From assembly GCF_009914755.1 (NCBI RefSeq), contig NC_060943.1: a stretch of 64,000 nucleotides of DNA; one strand, written 5' to 3'. The DNA comes from the human T2T-CHM13v2.0 reference genome, Homo sapiens. Both the position numbers and the translations under genes were made by a program. This document shows, piece by piece, positions 15,842 to 36,405 of this stretch (position 1 is the stretch's first letter; each line of letters opens with the position of its first letter). The notes under the pieces were generated by a model. It saw only the letters and a list, made by a program, of their open reading frames with translations. It had not been told where the DNA came from and ran no database searches.

Positions 15842-17061
15842 CCACTAGCTTCTCCTGGGCTGTTTGCATGTTTTTAGCTCACACTGAAGGGCTCCAGGGT
15901 CTCCTGCAAAATGCCCCATCCCCACAGGCCATGAGAGACTGATGGAGGTTCCAATTCATCTCCGTGGGTGCTGGCAAGACCTCCCAGATCCATTTGCACT
16001 TGTTCTTCTTCACTTTCCTTTCTCAACGGCAGCACCAGCACCAAACATAGGTTCCAGGGCTAAGCTCGACTGTCGAGCCACCTCCACGGTTGCAGAAGGT
16101 CAAGTCCCTATTTTAAAACAAAAGCAGAAGAAATCCTCATGCCACATCACTCCTAGTGATTCCAACACCTCGGATTGGACCCTGTGCCAGATCCACCATC
16201 TTTTTCTCAATGTGTCCTGTACGTCCAGTCCGGGTCTCTGGTCACGCATGAATCCTGCTTTCACTGGACGTTTCCACTTCGGTCTGGTTCCAGTTGGTCT
16301 CAGTCCCTTGACTCCAAATTCTGAATTGTTTCTTTTTCAGTGTTAATCAGATGTGCTCGGGATGCCAGCACCCACCCACTCACCAGGTCAGAAGTCTGGG
16401 ACGTCTTGGGTCCTTCTGCCCCCCTCAAATCCATCACTTGCATCTCCAACAGAAACCTTGGTTTGTCCACACCTGTCTCTCACTGCCTCCATCCCCATGC
16501 CACCCTCCTTAGCTGCCGAGCTTCTGTTATCTCTTCCCTGTTCAAGAATGACCATTTCCTTGTTGTATCTGCTTCCTCACTGCCCCTTTCCCATACGTTC
16601 ATCACATACAGCCAAGGTCACCTTTCCAAAAAACATACTGGCCATGAGTACATTGGGCTGCCTGGGAAGAGCCAGACCCCAGCAGGAAGCTGCAGAAACT
16701 GTCAAGGCAGGCAAGACACAGACCTCCTCTGTCCCCACTCTGAGTAGGAGTAAGGAGGGAGGCCACAGAAGGTGAGTCAGGGTGTTGCCAGGGGAGGCTG
16801 CATCTGCTTGTCCCCCTCTCTCTCCTCTGTCTGCCTCTCTAAAGACCTCACCCTTCTCAGGGAGTAGGTGCGGCAAGGGGAGAAGGCCCCTGAGATGCTC
16901 GTGACCCTGACCTGCTGGGTCAGCCTTTTTTCCCTCTCTGGAATTGCCTTTTTTCTTCTCAGAGGGTGGAGGCCCTTGGCTTTGCCTGAAATTCTTTGCT
17001 TAGTCACTGAACACATAAACCTGTTCCCTGTCAGTCACCCCAGGCAGAGACAAAGCTATAG

Positions 17062-17449
<388 letters not shown>

Positions 17450-17619
17450 GTTTTTCTTTTTTGTGATGAGAAGCTTTATTTATAATAACCGCAAACTGAC
17501 AACAACCCAAATGTTCATCAGTTGATTAAAGAAGTTGTTTTGTATTTTTACAATCAATATTCCTCAACAATAAAGAGTAAACTATTGGCAGATGCATCAT
17601 TATGCTTAAATCCCCAAAA

Positions 17620-17917
17620 GCTGGGTGTGGTGGCTCACATCTATCATCCCAGCACTTTGGGAGGCTGAAGTGGGAGGATCACTTGAGCCCAGGGGTTTGA
17701 GACCAGCCTGGGCAACACAGGGAGACCCCATCTCTACAAAAATATTTAAAAATTAGCTGGGTGTGGTGGAGCATGCCTGTAGTCCCAGCCACTTGGGAGG
17801 CTGAGGTGAGAGGATGGTGTGAGCCCAGGAGATTAAGGCTGCAGTGAGCCATGATTGCTCCACTGCACTCCAGCCTGGGCGACAGAGCAAGACTCCATGT
17901 CAAAAGAAAAAAAAAAA
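17620..17917 (+). mobile_element. AluJ
   Basis: Dimer with J-type positions. Confidence 0.92.
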
Positions 17918-18469
17918 CAAAACATTAAAATGAGGTCATTATGGTGGGTGCTGATCCAATAGGACTGCTATTCTTATTAGAAGAAGAGGTTAGGGCATGA
18001 AAAGATCACATTCTTTCACCACTTTCTTCTAAACAGGCTTCCTCCCTCCCACCCATGACACAGCTGTGCTCAAAATCTACTATGTTGTCAGATCCAACAG
18101 TCACTCCTCTGTCCTCAGGTTATGTGGCTTCACTGTGGCAATCAAGAGAGTTGACCTCTTCCTCCTTCTCAAAAACGCTTTCTTCTTGTGCCTTCATAGA
18201 CCCTCTATCCTGATTGTCCTGGCCCCACCTTCTTCCAGCTCTCCTTCTTCTGCTTGTAGGTACTAAAGCTGAAAGCGTGCACACCCTCTGACCCCGCCAT
18301 TCTTATTCAGGGAGCCCAGATGACCACTCCACAAATGTGCACTGAGCGCGGAATAATAATAATTGCCAATATGCATCGAGTGCCCACATTAGGCCAGTCA
18401 CGCGCCCTGTCCAGGAATGCATTTAGACGAACAATTTATATCTCCTTCACGTTTCACAGAGCTGACAGT

Positions 18470-18910
18470 CTCATGGGGCCCCAATTGTCAAAAAAGTTGA
18501 GAATAAGCAAGTTCTCACAAGCTTGGGAAAAGATGGATTAGTCAGCAGCCAGGGAAACGGAGCTATCAGAATCAGTTTTACAGTCGTACAACTGACCCGT
18601 GGCAGCCTGCCTCAGTGAACGCGCCTTTGCACGCCAAACAATCATTTGGTTAGGAGGGACTCACTCTGATACACACGTCTCTGAGTGCCAACCAATCCAC
18701 AAGGGTCCCACTCGAGAAATCACGGTCCTGCAGATGATGTCAGCCCCTTGATGTCTATGAAAGCCCCACAACCTCTGAACTCCACATTGCCCCGAAACCC
18801 TCCATAAAACCAGACCGTTCTGCACAGAGAGACTGTCTGGTTAGCAGAGCTCTCTCTCCTTTATTATGGTAAGAAATCAATTCAGGATTGTTCTTTTATT
18901 TCAGATATTG
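18470..18910 (+). mobile_element. Probable old ERV LTR (subfamily uncertain)
   Basis: LTR-like order of CCAAT box ('ccaaccaatc'), TATA-like 'ccataaaa' and U5-like end. Confidence 0.4.
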
Positions 18911-18913
18911 AAT

Positions 18914-19212
18914 TGTGTTAGCTTGGGCTGCCATGACAAAGTACCACAGACCGAGTAGCTTAAACAACAGAAATGTATTTTCTGACAGTTCTGGAGGCAA
19001 AAAGTATAAGGTCCGGGTGTTGCTGGGGTTGGCTCCTTCTGAGGCCTCTCTTTGGCTGATATCTGGCTGCCTTTCCCCCATGTCCTTACAGGGTTGTCCC
19101 TCTGTGTGTGTGTCTGTGTCCTGGCCTCCTCTTCTTAAAAGGATAGCAGCATATGGATTAGGACTCACCCTAATGACCACATTTTATTTACCTCTTTAAA
19201 GATCCTATCTCT
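18914..19212 (-). mobile_element. MLT1A LTR
   Basis: 'gggctgccatgacaaagtaccacagaccgagtagcttaaacaacagaaatgtattt'. Confidence 0.85.
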
Positions 19213-19735
<523 letters not shown>

Positions 19736-19762
19736 GTAGAGTTCGTGGCAGGTGTCAAGTAA

Positions 19763-20377
<615 letters not shown>

Positions 20378-20713
20378 GTCCCCCAGGACCTTATTCTAAA
20401 CACAGTTCAGTATTTCCCAAGCATTCTTGAATGCCAGGAACTAGGCTGGGACAATAGTAGTGTGCAGAACAGACTAGACATCTATTCAGCAATCTTGCTT
20501 CTGGGTATACACACAAAAGAATATAAATCCGGGTCTCGAAGAGATGTTTGTACACCCGTATTCATAGCACCATTATTCCTAGTAGCCAAGCGGTGGAAGC
20601 AACCCAATGTTCACTGATGGATGCGTGGATGAGCAAAATGTGCTCTATACGTACAATGAAATATTGTTCAGTCCTGAAAAGAAAAGGAAATTCTGACACT
20701 TGCTACAACATGA

Positions 20714-21018
<305 letters not shown>

Positions 21019-21124
21019 TGAATGAAACTTTTGAAAATATTATGCTAAGTGAAATAAGCCAGTCACAAAAAGACAAATACTGTATGATTTTACTTATATA
21101 CTGTACTTAGAGTAGTCCAACTCA

Positions 21125-21637
<513 letters not shown>

Positions 21638-21901
21638 GTTTAAGATGGTAAATTTTATGTTACCTGTATTGTTCCACAATTAAAAAACAAAACGGGCTGT
21701 GTCTCTGCTGTCATGCTCTTGTTTTCCTGCACTTCTTGGAGGCTGCACTCTCAGTAGCCAGACTTGGAGCTCTGGACCTCTTGGCTTGAAACATTTCCCC
21801 TTGCCATTCCTTCCTGTTCTGCCTGCACTTTTCAGGACACTTCCTCCAAGGAGGCCCTCTCTGATGCCTTCCTCCCATCCCCTTCAGAATCGGGGTAGCC
21901 C

Positions 21902-22093
21902 CAGTGGTGGCTTCACCAGCCTCATGAGATCCAGTTTTGTTCATCTCTTCACAACTCCACATTCGGTGATATCACATTGTTAGCTTCAGGTCAGCCACAG
22001 TGGGAATATTTACACCATGGGAATTGGCAGACTCTACAAAGCATGGTTTTGTTCCCTTGAGAGCTAGTTGTTAAACATTTACCAGCCCACCAT
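21902..22093 (+). mobile_element. MER63 (hAT-Blackjack)
   Basis: 'gtgggaatatttacaccatgggaattggca...gttgttaaacatttaccagcccacca'. Confidence 0.8.
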
Positions 22094-22240
22094 GGAATGG
22101 TCACCCCTTCCGTGCTGCTCAAACATCCTGTCCTCTCTGATGTGATGTCTGTCTTCCCTGTTAGATGATAAGCTTCACTAAGGCAGGGGCCAGGCCTGTA
22201 GCTGGTGAGTGGTGGAACCAGGGTTTGAAGGCTCAGGGGA

Positions 22241-22902
<662 letters not shown>

Positions 22903-22973
22903 ATGGCCACCCTAATTTCAGTCTATCTCCCTGGAAATCAACAAGACAATAATAATGATAGAAATAATAGTCA

Positions 22974-23365
<392 letters not shown>

Positions 23366-23794
23366 CTAGCTCAGAGTCGTCTCCTCCCACCTCTCCGCTG
23401 GCTTCTTCAGCCACACTGGGTTTCTTTCTCCCTCTCCAACATATTTCTCTCCATTGTCTTCTCACTTCTCGGTATGTTCTTCCCTCAGATCTTTGCTTGA
23501 CTGATCATTTAGGCTTCCTTCAACTTAAATGTCACTTCCTTGAAGGGGCCTTTTCTGAGAACCTGAGCTAAAATAGCCTCGGTCACCCTCCAGTAATGTA
23601 TGTCGTGCTGTAAGTGGCCTCATCCCCATAATTAACCCCCAGTCTTTCATGTGGACAACTTGTGTCTCCTCAAAGTTATTTATAAAGCAATATACAAACC
23701 GGCTTCAAGTTCCTTTCTCTTTACCCTCTGAAGTCCCTCCTATGTAGAAACTCCTGAGGAACCAGCAAGTTCCCCAGTTTTATGATCTTCATTA

Positions 23795-25170
23795 ATTATT
23801 TTATTGTGGTAAAAACCACATAACATAAAATGTACCATCTTAATTACTTTAAGTGTACAATTTAGTAATGTTAAGTATTTTCACATTATTATGAATCAGG
23901 TCTCCAGAACTCTTTCATCTTGCAAATCGGAAACTCTATAACCATGAAAAAACAACTCCCCATTTCTTCCTACCCCATTCCCTGGTAAATCACCATTTTA
24001 CTTTCTGTTTTTATGAATTTGACTCAGTAACTTCGAATAAGTGAGATAATAGCATTTGTCTTTTTGTGACTGCCTTATTTCACTTAGCATAATGTCCTCA
24101 AGGTTCAGTCATGTTATATCACAACACTTCCTTTTTTATGCTGAATAATAATGTTCCATTGTATGCATATACCACATTCCCATTGTCCATTTATCTGTTG
24201 ATGGGCATTTACTTTGCTTCAACCTCCTGGCTATTGTGAATAGTGCTGTTAGGAACATGGCTGCACACATATCTCTTTGAGTCCATGTTTTCTTTTGGGT
24301 AAATACCTAGAATTGGAATTGCTGGATCATAAGGTAATTCTACTTTTAATTATTTGAGGAACTGCCATACCATTTTCCAAAGTGGCTGTACCATTTTATA
24401 TTCCCATCAATGGTGCCCAAGGGTTCCAATTTCTCCACACTGCCTTCTTTATTATTTTTTTATTTTTTGAGACAGAGTCTTGCTATATCGCCCAGGCTGG
24501 AGTGCAGTTGGCGTGATCTTGGCTCACTGCAACCTCGGCCTCCTGGGTTCAAGTGATTCTCCTGCCTCAGCCTCCCGAGTAGCTGGGATTACAGGTGCGC
24601 ACCACCATGCCTGGCTAATTTTTTGTACTGTCAGTAGAGATGGGGTTTCACCAAGCTGGCCAGGCTGGTCTCGAACTCCTGACCTCGTGATCTGCCTGCT
24701 TCGGCCTCCCAGAGTGCTGGGATTACAGGCGTGAGCCACCACGCCTGGCCCACATTGCCTTTTATACTTTCCTTTTTTTTTTTTTTTTTGATAGTAGCCA
24801 TCCCGATAGGTATGAGTTGGTATCTCATTGCGGTTTCAAATTGCTTTTCTTTAATGATTAATAATGAACATTTTTTCACGTGCTTGTTTGTCATTTGTAT
24901 ATCTTCTTTGGAGACGTGTCTATTCAAGCTCTTTGCCCATTTTTGAATTGTGTTATTTGATTTTTTTGGTGTTAAGTTGTTGTAGTTCTGTATATATTTT
25001 CAATATTAACCACATATCAGATGTATCATTTGCAAATATTTTCTCTTATTCCGTAGGTTGTCTTTGCATTCTGTCAATTGTTGTGTTATTTAAGGCACAA
25101 ACATTTTACATCTGATATAGTCCCATTTGCCTATTTTCACGTCTGTTGCCTGTGCTTGGTGTCAGATCCT
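23795..25170 (-). mobile_element. L1MB (ORF2 end plus 3'UTR), antisense
   Basis: Minus ORF fragment MNRHVSKEDIQMTNKHVKKCS is the L1 ORF2 C-terminal region; typical L1MB 3'UTR. Confidence 0.9.
24448..24750 (-). mobile_element. AluSg-like
   Basis: Antisense dimer within the L1MB. Confidence 0.93.
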
Positions 25171-25214
25171 AAAGCATGTCATTGCCTAATTCCATTTATT
25201 TTAAAAATTTTCTT

Positions 25215-25510
25215 GTCAGGCGCGGTGGCTCACACCTGCCATCCCAGCACTTTGGGAGACTGGGGTGGGTGGATCACCTGAGGTCAAGAGTTCAAGACCA
25301 GCCTGGCCAAAATGGTGAAACCCTGTCTCTACTAAAAATTTAAAAATTAGCTGATCAAGGTAGTGGGTGCCTGTAATACCAGCTACTCAGGAGGCTGAGG
25401 CAGGAGAATCCCTTGAACCCAGGAGGTGGAGGTTCTAGTGAGCCGAGATCCCACCATTGCACTTCAGCCTGGGCGACAGAGCAAGACTCTGTTTCAAAAA
25501 AAAAAAAAAT
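25215..25510 (+). mobile_element. AluS
   Basis: Full dimer. Confidence 0.92.
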
Positions 25511-25980
25511 TATCTTGATTCTGTTTGTCAGTTCCCACACCCCATTTCATCCACTCCAGGAGAAAACAGACATGTCTTCGGCTCCCCCGGACTTCCTAGA
25601 ATTTAACACAGTGCCCAGGGCACAAGCATGAAACATACTTGCTGAATGAGTGGATGCTCTGTTGCCGATGTCTGACATAATATTATTTATAGCTTACACC
25701 TGACTGTCCCTAGGCAAGGTCTCTGAATTCTTCTGGTCGGCACCAGAAGGGAGGGACGAAGCTTCCAGAGGAGACCTGCCTGCCACTGCCCTGTGATGGG
25801 GAACCTAAGGGACAGGCAGACCTTGGCTTTTGGTCCCCCAGAGAGCTGGCTCTGTACTGGGGCTGGGAATCTCCCTGATCTTTGATTTGCAGGGTGAATG
25901 GGGTGGAACCTTCTGCCCCTCCCTCCATTCCCCTTACTCTGGTGTGCAGGAAGCTGAGGCCTTCTAGGAGACTGGGGATA

Positions 25981-26400
25981 CTGAGGCTGAGGGAGGTAGG
26001 GAGGAGTTAGGAGGTTTTTGATTCTCACTTGAATCTTTCCCACTGTAGCTGAAAACAGGGTTTTTGGGTCACCTGCCCCAGCAGGGGATGGGAGTATAGG
26101 CGGGGTCTGCGTCTGCAACCCCCTCCTGAATGTGGAAATCTTAACGGGGCCAACACCTCCCCCGTTGCTGGATATGGAAGCAATGATACTTTCTCCCTTC
26201 CAGCTCTGCACTCCTTATACCCCACTGGGATAGAAATCCTGTCTGTTGGTGTCAGGCAGGGGTCTCCGGCTACCCCTCCTCTGCTGGGGTGGAAGATGGA
26301 GAGGTCAAAGGAGCAAGCCTCCTTCCTGGCCCTTGCAAGGGCCTCCAGCCTGGCAGCCGGAGGGATTAAGGACAAGAGGCCCCTGGCGTCCGTGAGTCTG
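25981..26400 (+). repeat. Donor of local dispersed duplications (copies at 29258-29505 and 29619-29700)
   Basis: 26155-26400 matches 29258-29505 at about 90%; 25981-26058 matches 29619-29700 at about 80% (manual alignment). Confidence 0.9.
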
Positions 26401-26850
26401 GCGTGGCTGCCCAGGAGCCTCCCAGGGGAGTCAGCGTGGGCCAGAGGGCTGGAGGCTCCCAGATCAATCAGAGGTCTGAAGGTCACTGGAGCTGTGACCT
26501 TCAAATTAGGATACTTGTAACCCAGGAGGCTGGCACACCCCCACGGGGGATGGGGCGCATGGTTGAAGAGAATCCATCTCCCAGAGAGGTGCCCTAGGGC
26601 CCCCCTTTCACCATGACCCTGCTAACACTTTACAGATGAAAAGCATACCTCTCTCTCACCCCCTAATCTTATCGCAGTGAATTGCCCTGGGGTGAAAGAA
26701 AAGCCTCTGGATCCCAAACCTAGAATCACTTTGAAATACTGCTGTCCCCAACGGCTCCCTTTATAGAGGCCCTGGGCTGCCTTTGAGGTGCATATTTTGC
26801 AAGGTTGAAAGCAGGAGGGAGTGAAAAAATGCCTGCATTTGCCTCTGAGG

Positions 26851-27613
26851 TGCTAAAGGAAAAAAATAGCTCAATGATGATGGATGGGCAGACTTTATTT
26901 GGGATCACCGCAGTGGGTACGGGGACCACTGCCATAGGGGCTTGCGGTTGGTTGGTGAGAGAGGTTGGGTTAATTCCTGAATACAGCAGGGAGAGTGGGA
27001 ATTCACAGCCAAGGAGCAGGGTCGGGAGCAGTGGCTAGAAAACTGCTAAGAGGAAACTTCAGAGATAAGGGCGATTCTGGTTAAACTGACCTTGCTAGAT
27101 TCCTGCTGAAGGCAGCCCCGGGTGACAGGAGGAATCCAATCAGACATCAAAGGGGATCAGATGTCGACAGTGGAGGGTTCCTTCTAAACTCACCTAGCAG
27201 GGTTCTTCCCTGAAACTGGGTCTTAGATGGGCCTAGCACAAGATTCAGAAGCCTGTCTAAAGTGTGGCCAAGCCTGGGCGCAGTGGCTCATGCCTGTAAT
27301 CCCAGCACTATGGGAAGCCAAGGTGGGCAGATTGCCTGAGGTCAGGAGTTCGTGACCAGCCTGGCCAACATGGTGAAACCCCATCTCTACTAAAAATACA
27401 AAAATTAGCCAGGCGTGATGGCACATGCCTGTAATCCCAGCTACTCAGGAGTCTGAGGCAGGAGAATGGCTTCAACCTGGAAGGTGGAGGTTGCAGTGAT
27501 CTGAGATCATGCCATTGCACTCTAGTCTGGGCGACAGAGTGAGACTCTGTCTCAAAAACAAAACAAAAGAAAACAAAAAAAATAACGTGTGGCCAAGCAA
27601 AGAGTCTTTGTCA
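26851..27613 (-). mobile_element. MER31 solo LTR (ERV1) with an Alu insertion
   Basis: Minus strand begins 'tgacaaagactctttgcttggcc'; plus strand has 'attctggttaaactgacc...ctgctgaaggcag'; near-TSD gagg/gtgg. Confidence 0.82.
27271..27583 (+). mobile_element. AluSx-like inside MER31
   Basis: TSD 'gtgtggccaagc'. Confidence 0.93.
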
Positions 27614-28331
27614 GTGGATCAGTGTCTATATGTCAAGTCAAAGGAATATATTGCAGATAATATAGTATCTTCTGTTTTCCTGAATGATGATCTGGATGTG
27701 TAGGAGAAAGGCTTTCACCAGCTTTGGCTGAAGGGTGGTTTTGTATTGCAACTCTGTCTTCGACATTCAATAAATACTGAATTCACTGTCAGTCAGTCAA
27801 TGACTTCTTGGCTAGTCTCTTGCTAGTTTATCCCTACCAAGCCTTACTTCACTCAGGCAAATGGCAATGGGGACTCTGTTGTTGATTCTCTAGTAAGGGA
27901 TGGACATCTACAATAAATTTATTATAGATTGTCTCTTTACTTACTTGTCATATATAAGATTATTATATAATTATTGCATTACATATTTAATTATATGTTA
28001 TGGATAAGATTATTGTAATATAATAGTAATAACCTATAATGAATGAGAAATGTGCCCCTTTTGCAAACCCTGCACTTACTTGTCTGATACCTTTCTTCTT
28101 GAATTTCATGGAATACTGTCTCATTCCAGTAATAAGAAAATTCACGGAAGATACAGGCATGACCTAAGTGTTCTCACCAAACATTTTCAGAGTATTCTCG
28201 CAATAACCCTTTGACTGGGTACTTTCAGAGATCCTTTTTATTTTCCACATAGGAAGAGATAATTTGTCTAACAGCTACTGAATAAACAGATCCAAGATTT
28301 GAACCCTCATAGTTTGGATGGGAATCTGAGT

Positions 28332-28644
28332 TCTTTCTTTTTTGTTTGTTTGTTTAGACAAGCTCTTGCTGTATTGCCCAGGATGGAGTGCAGTGGCACA
28401 ACCACCACTCACTGACACCTTGACCTCCTGGGCTCAAACAATCCTCCCGTCTCAGCCTCCCAAGTCTCAGCACACCTGGGACTACAGGTGTGCATCACCA
28501 CGCCCAGCTAATTTTAAATTTTTTGTTAGAGACGGGTACTTCCTATGTTGCTCAGGCTGGTCTTGAACTCCTGGGCTGAAGTGATCCTCCCACCTCAGCC
28601 TCCCAAAGTGTTGGGATTACAGGCATGAGCCACTGTGCTTGGCC
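28332..28644 (-). mobile_element. AluJ
   Basis: Antisense diverged dimer. Confidence 0.88.
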
Positions 28645-28821
28645 AACCCACATCTCATTCAGCTCCTGCACCATTTCTCTTCTCCCCCTTAGAACTAACT
28701 CTATAGCCTCATCTTTACTTTTGCATTTCTCTATCTCTCTTAACCTCATTCCAATCAAGCTTTCATCTATACCATTTTACTAAAAGGCCACCAATAATCT
28801 CCACATTGGCAAATCCAGTAG

Positions 28822-29184
<363 letters not shown>

Positions 29185-29512
29185 TAGAAGACTTGAGTCC
29201 ACACTGAATTGGGTTCACCAGACCTCCCTGACAATTCTCTCTTCTGGCTTTCTTCCTACCTCCCCTGTTGCTGGATATGGAAGCAATGATACTTTCTCCC
29301 CTTTCCTTCTCTATACTCCCTATACCCCACTGGGATAGAAATCCTGTCTCTTGGTGTCAGGCAGGGGTCTCAGGCTACCCCTCCTCTGCTGGGGTGGAAG
29401 ATGGAGAGGTCAAAAGAGCCAGTCTCCTTCCTGGCCCTTGCAAGGGCCTCCAGCCCGACAGCCAGAGGGATTAAGGACAAGAGGCTCCTGGCATCCCTGA
29501 GTCTGACCAGAT

Positions 29513-30088
29513 TGTAGTAGCCAGCCTCCAAAGTGGCCCGCAATAATCCTCACTCCCTAGTAGTGCTCACAGTCTTGTGGTCTCTTCTGACACCGACCCA
29601 GAGCTGGTTCATGACCAGCTGAGGCTGAGGGAAGTGGGAAGGGAGAGTCTAGGAAGTTTTTGATTCTCATTTGAACCCTTCCCATTGCAGCTGGAAACAG
29701 CAGAACATGGAGGAAGTGATAGTGTGTGTGACTTCTAATGCTAAGTCATAATGGACATCGTAGTTTCCACTTGGATCACTTGCTTGGGAGTAGGGGTAGG
29801 AATTCAGCCACCATGTTGTGGAATACTCAAGTAGCCCCTGGAGAGGTCCAGGTGCAGAGGAATCAGCTTGCCAGCACCAACTTGGCAAACTTCGAGTGAG
29901 CCACGTAGATTCTCCAGCCCCAGTCAAACCTTCTGACCACCTCATGAGAGACCCCAGACCAGAACTGCCCATCAGAGCTGTTTCCAAATCCCCAACTTTC
30001 AGAAACCATAAAAGATAATAAATGATTATTGTTTTAAGTTAATACATTTTTGCATGATTTGTTATGCAGCAAATTGCTAACCAATACA
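29513..30088 (+). mobile_element. MLT1G/H-type MaLR LTR
   Basis: 'tgtagtagccagcctccaaagtggccc' ... 'gataataaatgattattgttttaag...gttatgcagca'. Confidence 0.75.
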
Positions 30089-30771
30089 TATTCTTTCTCA
30101 TATTCCTTTCCATGTTTTTCTACTATCATGTCTCAATTCTAGAGTGCTCCAGAGTTCAGTGCTCAGATCTTGTCTACCATCTGGATTTGATACCTAAATG
30201 ATCCCACACATTGCTAAACTTTGCAATAGCATCTATATATTGTTAAATCTCAGATTTATAGCTCTAGCTCAACATCTCCCATGAATTCCATCAACCCACT
30301 GTTTATAGGAAATTTCCACTTAGATGTCTTATAGTACTTTCCATCTTAACATAGCTACGAGTGAACACCTCATCTCACCTCATCCCTGACACAGCTACGT
30401 ACCCTCAGTCTGCCCATCTCAGTAAATGACAACTCCATCCTCCCAGCTGCTCAGACCTAAGGCCATTTTTGATTCACAGCTCTGCATATCCAATCCATCA
30501 GCAAATCCTGGTTGGCCCTCAATATGATAGTGGCTTGGACAATAATACTGATTAGATTCAGGAAGAATGTTCCAGGTGAATGCTCAGAGGTAGAACCAAG
30601 CTTATGTTCTCCAGAAACTTCAAGGAGGCTGTGGTGGGCTAAATGTTGCCTTCCCCTAAAAAGATACATCCATGTCCTAATCCTAATATTCAGAGCCTGT
30701 GAATATTGCTTTGTTTGAAAAAAAGGTGGGGAGGTGTTGTGGGAGATATGATTATGATTAAGTTAAGGTTC

Positions 30772-31380
<609 letters not shown>

Positions 31381-31384
31381 TTTT

Positions 31385-31975
31385 ACCATTTTTTAATTGT
31401 GGTAAAATAGACATTACATTAAAATTTCCATCTTGACCATTTATTTACAGACACAGTTCAATGGTATTAAATACATTCATAATGTTATGCAACCGTCACT
31501 GCCACCCATCTCCAGAACTCTTTTCATCTGTCCCCCAACTGAAACTCTGTCCCCACGAAACACTAATTCCCCATTTCCTCTTGTTCCCAGCCCCTGGCCA
31601 CCACCATTTTACTTTCTGTCTCTGTGAATTTCACTACTTAAGGTATTTCATGTAATTGGAATCCTACAGCATTTGTCTTTTTGTAACTGGCTCATTTCTC
31701 CTACAATGATGTCCTTAGAGTTCATGCATGTTATAGCACATGTCAGAATTATCTTCCTCTTTAGGGATGGATAATATTCCATTGTATGGATGGACCACAT
31801 TTTTCTTACCCATTTATCTAGCAGTGGACACCTAGGCTGCTTTCACATTTAACTATTACTGTGAAAAAATGCCATTGTGAATATGGGTGTGCAAATATCA
31901 CTTTGAGAACCTGCTTTCAATTCTTTGAGGTATATACTCAGAAGTGGAATTGCTGGATCATATTGTCATTATATT
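31385..31975 (-). mobile_element. L1MB 3' region, antisense
   Basis: 'ccatctccagaactcttttcatct...gaagtggaattgctggatcata'. Confidence 0.85.
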
Positions 31976-31981
31976 TTCAGA

Positions 31982-32268
31982 TTTTTTTTTTTTTGAGAAA
32001 AAGTCTCACTCTGTTGCCCAGGCTGGACCAAAGTGTCATGATCATGACTCACTGTAGCCTCAACTTTCCAGGCTCAAACAATCCAACCACCTCAGCCTCC
32101 AAGTAACTCGGACTGCAGGTGCATGCAGCTAATTTTTAAATTTTTTCTGTAGAGATAGGGTTTCTCCATGTGGCCCAGGCTGGTCTTGAATTCCTGAGCT
32201 CAAGTGACCTGCCTACCTTGGCTTCCCATAGTGCTGGGATTACAGATGTGATCCACAACTCCCAGCCT
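31982..32268 (-). mobile_element. AluJ
   Basis: Antisense dimer. Confidence 0.85.
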
Positions 32269-32372
32269 TTTTTTTTTTTTTGGCCAGTTTAATAGGTGAC
32301 GAATAGTATCCTATTTTCTTAGTTCACATTTTGAAAAATGAGCAAAGTTAATTCACCTTTAAAAATTTTGTG

Positions 32373-32771
<399 letters not shown>

Positions 32772-33174
32772 CTAGTAAAGATAAGCCCACAATCCAAAAC
32801 TGCAAACAATGAAAAGTCCATCCTGAATGAGGGTTAGTAGAACAATCAAACAGCAGGATTAGATCCCCAGGAATTGCAGCTAACAGAACTTCTGCCAGTC
32901 ATGCATTCACTTATTTAACAAATATTTATTGAGCATGTGCTAGGTTCCAGGCAGTATTTTAGATACTTTGGGTACACAAGCGTACAAACAGTTTACAAGT
33001 CCTGCTCTCAGAGAGCATAATTCCAACACTGGATAGAGACTTTATAAAAGAAAGTTATTGGAAGATCATTATACATGGTATGCTTGTATCACATGTACCC
33101 CATAAACGTGTAGAACTATTATGTATCCATAAAACTTTAAAATAAAAACATAAATATATTCAAAATGATCCAAG

Positions 33175-34660
<1,486 letters not shown>

Positions 34661-34944
34661 ATTATTGAAGACATAAAAAAAATCCAAATATTTGAAAACA
34701 ACAAGACATAATAAAATATCGGGGATATTGAAAAAAAAACCTTTGTTTTCTAGAAATAAGAATTTAGTCAGTGAAGGTGTTAACCAGGAGATTAGAGCCA
34801 TCTAATGAGATAATTAGTGAACTGGAAAATAGATTTAAGGAAACCATGTAGAAGGTGGCCAGGGAAAATAAAGAAATTTTAAATATGAAAGAAGTTAAGA
34901 GCTGTAGAAGATAGAATGAGAATTCTAACATATGTGTATGTAAT

Positions 34945-35700
<756 letters not shown>

Positions 35701-36113
35701 CCTTTCCTGGAGTCAGCAGGGTGGGCTCAGCCCTGCCTGAACCATATGAAAAGAGAGCCGAGAAAGGAGCCATCTCAGAAGAAGCCCAGTGAAGACTTGG
35801 CAGGCGAAAGTGGCACACGGGGCTGGGAACATGGTAGCTATGGTAAGAAAAGCAAGGGACGCGCATGTGTTCCGATAGTGAAATACGCATATCAACTGAA
35901 TTCACATCCACGTTTGTGTTTTCCCTCTTCTCTCACATATGTCTAGTGCAGTAGCAAATATTTTTGCCTGCTTCTTTCTATTCAACATTCAGGAAATGAG
36001 GCTATTCTTAGCTCACTCTTATTTGGGGCTTTCGAAACATGAGACACAATTTTGTGTATTTTGCATAGATTTTCTTACTTTACCCTGACCACAATTCTGT
36101 AAGTCCATATGCT

Positions 36114-36405
36114 TTTATTTTTATGTTTTATTTTATTTTTAGGTTTTAGAGATGGGGGTCTGGCTCTGTTGCCCATGTGGAGTGCAGTGGTGTGATCACG
36201 GCTTACTGCAGCCTTGAATTCCTGGGCACAAGTGATCCTCCAACTACAGGTGTGTGCCAACATACCTGGCTAATTTTGAAAAAATTTTGTAGAGACAGGG
36301 TCTTGCCCAGCCTGGTCTTGAACTCCTGGCCTCGAACTTCTGGCCTCAAGCAATCCTCCCATCTCAGCCTCCCAAAGTGCTGGGATTACAGGCGTGAGTC
36401 ACCTG
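36114..36405 (-). mobile_element. AluJ
   Basis: Antisense diverged dimer. Confidence 0.85.

Noticed and set aside
25687-26504. Pro-rich minus-strand ORFs as possible ERV gag downstream of MER31
   Set aside because: No primer-binding site after the LTR, a near-TSD indicates a solo LTR, and no gag motifs were recognised
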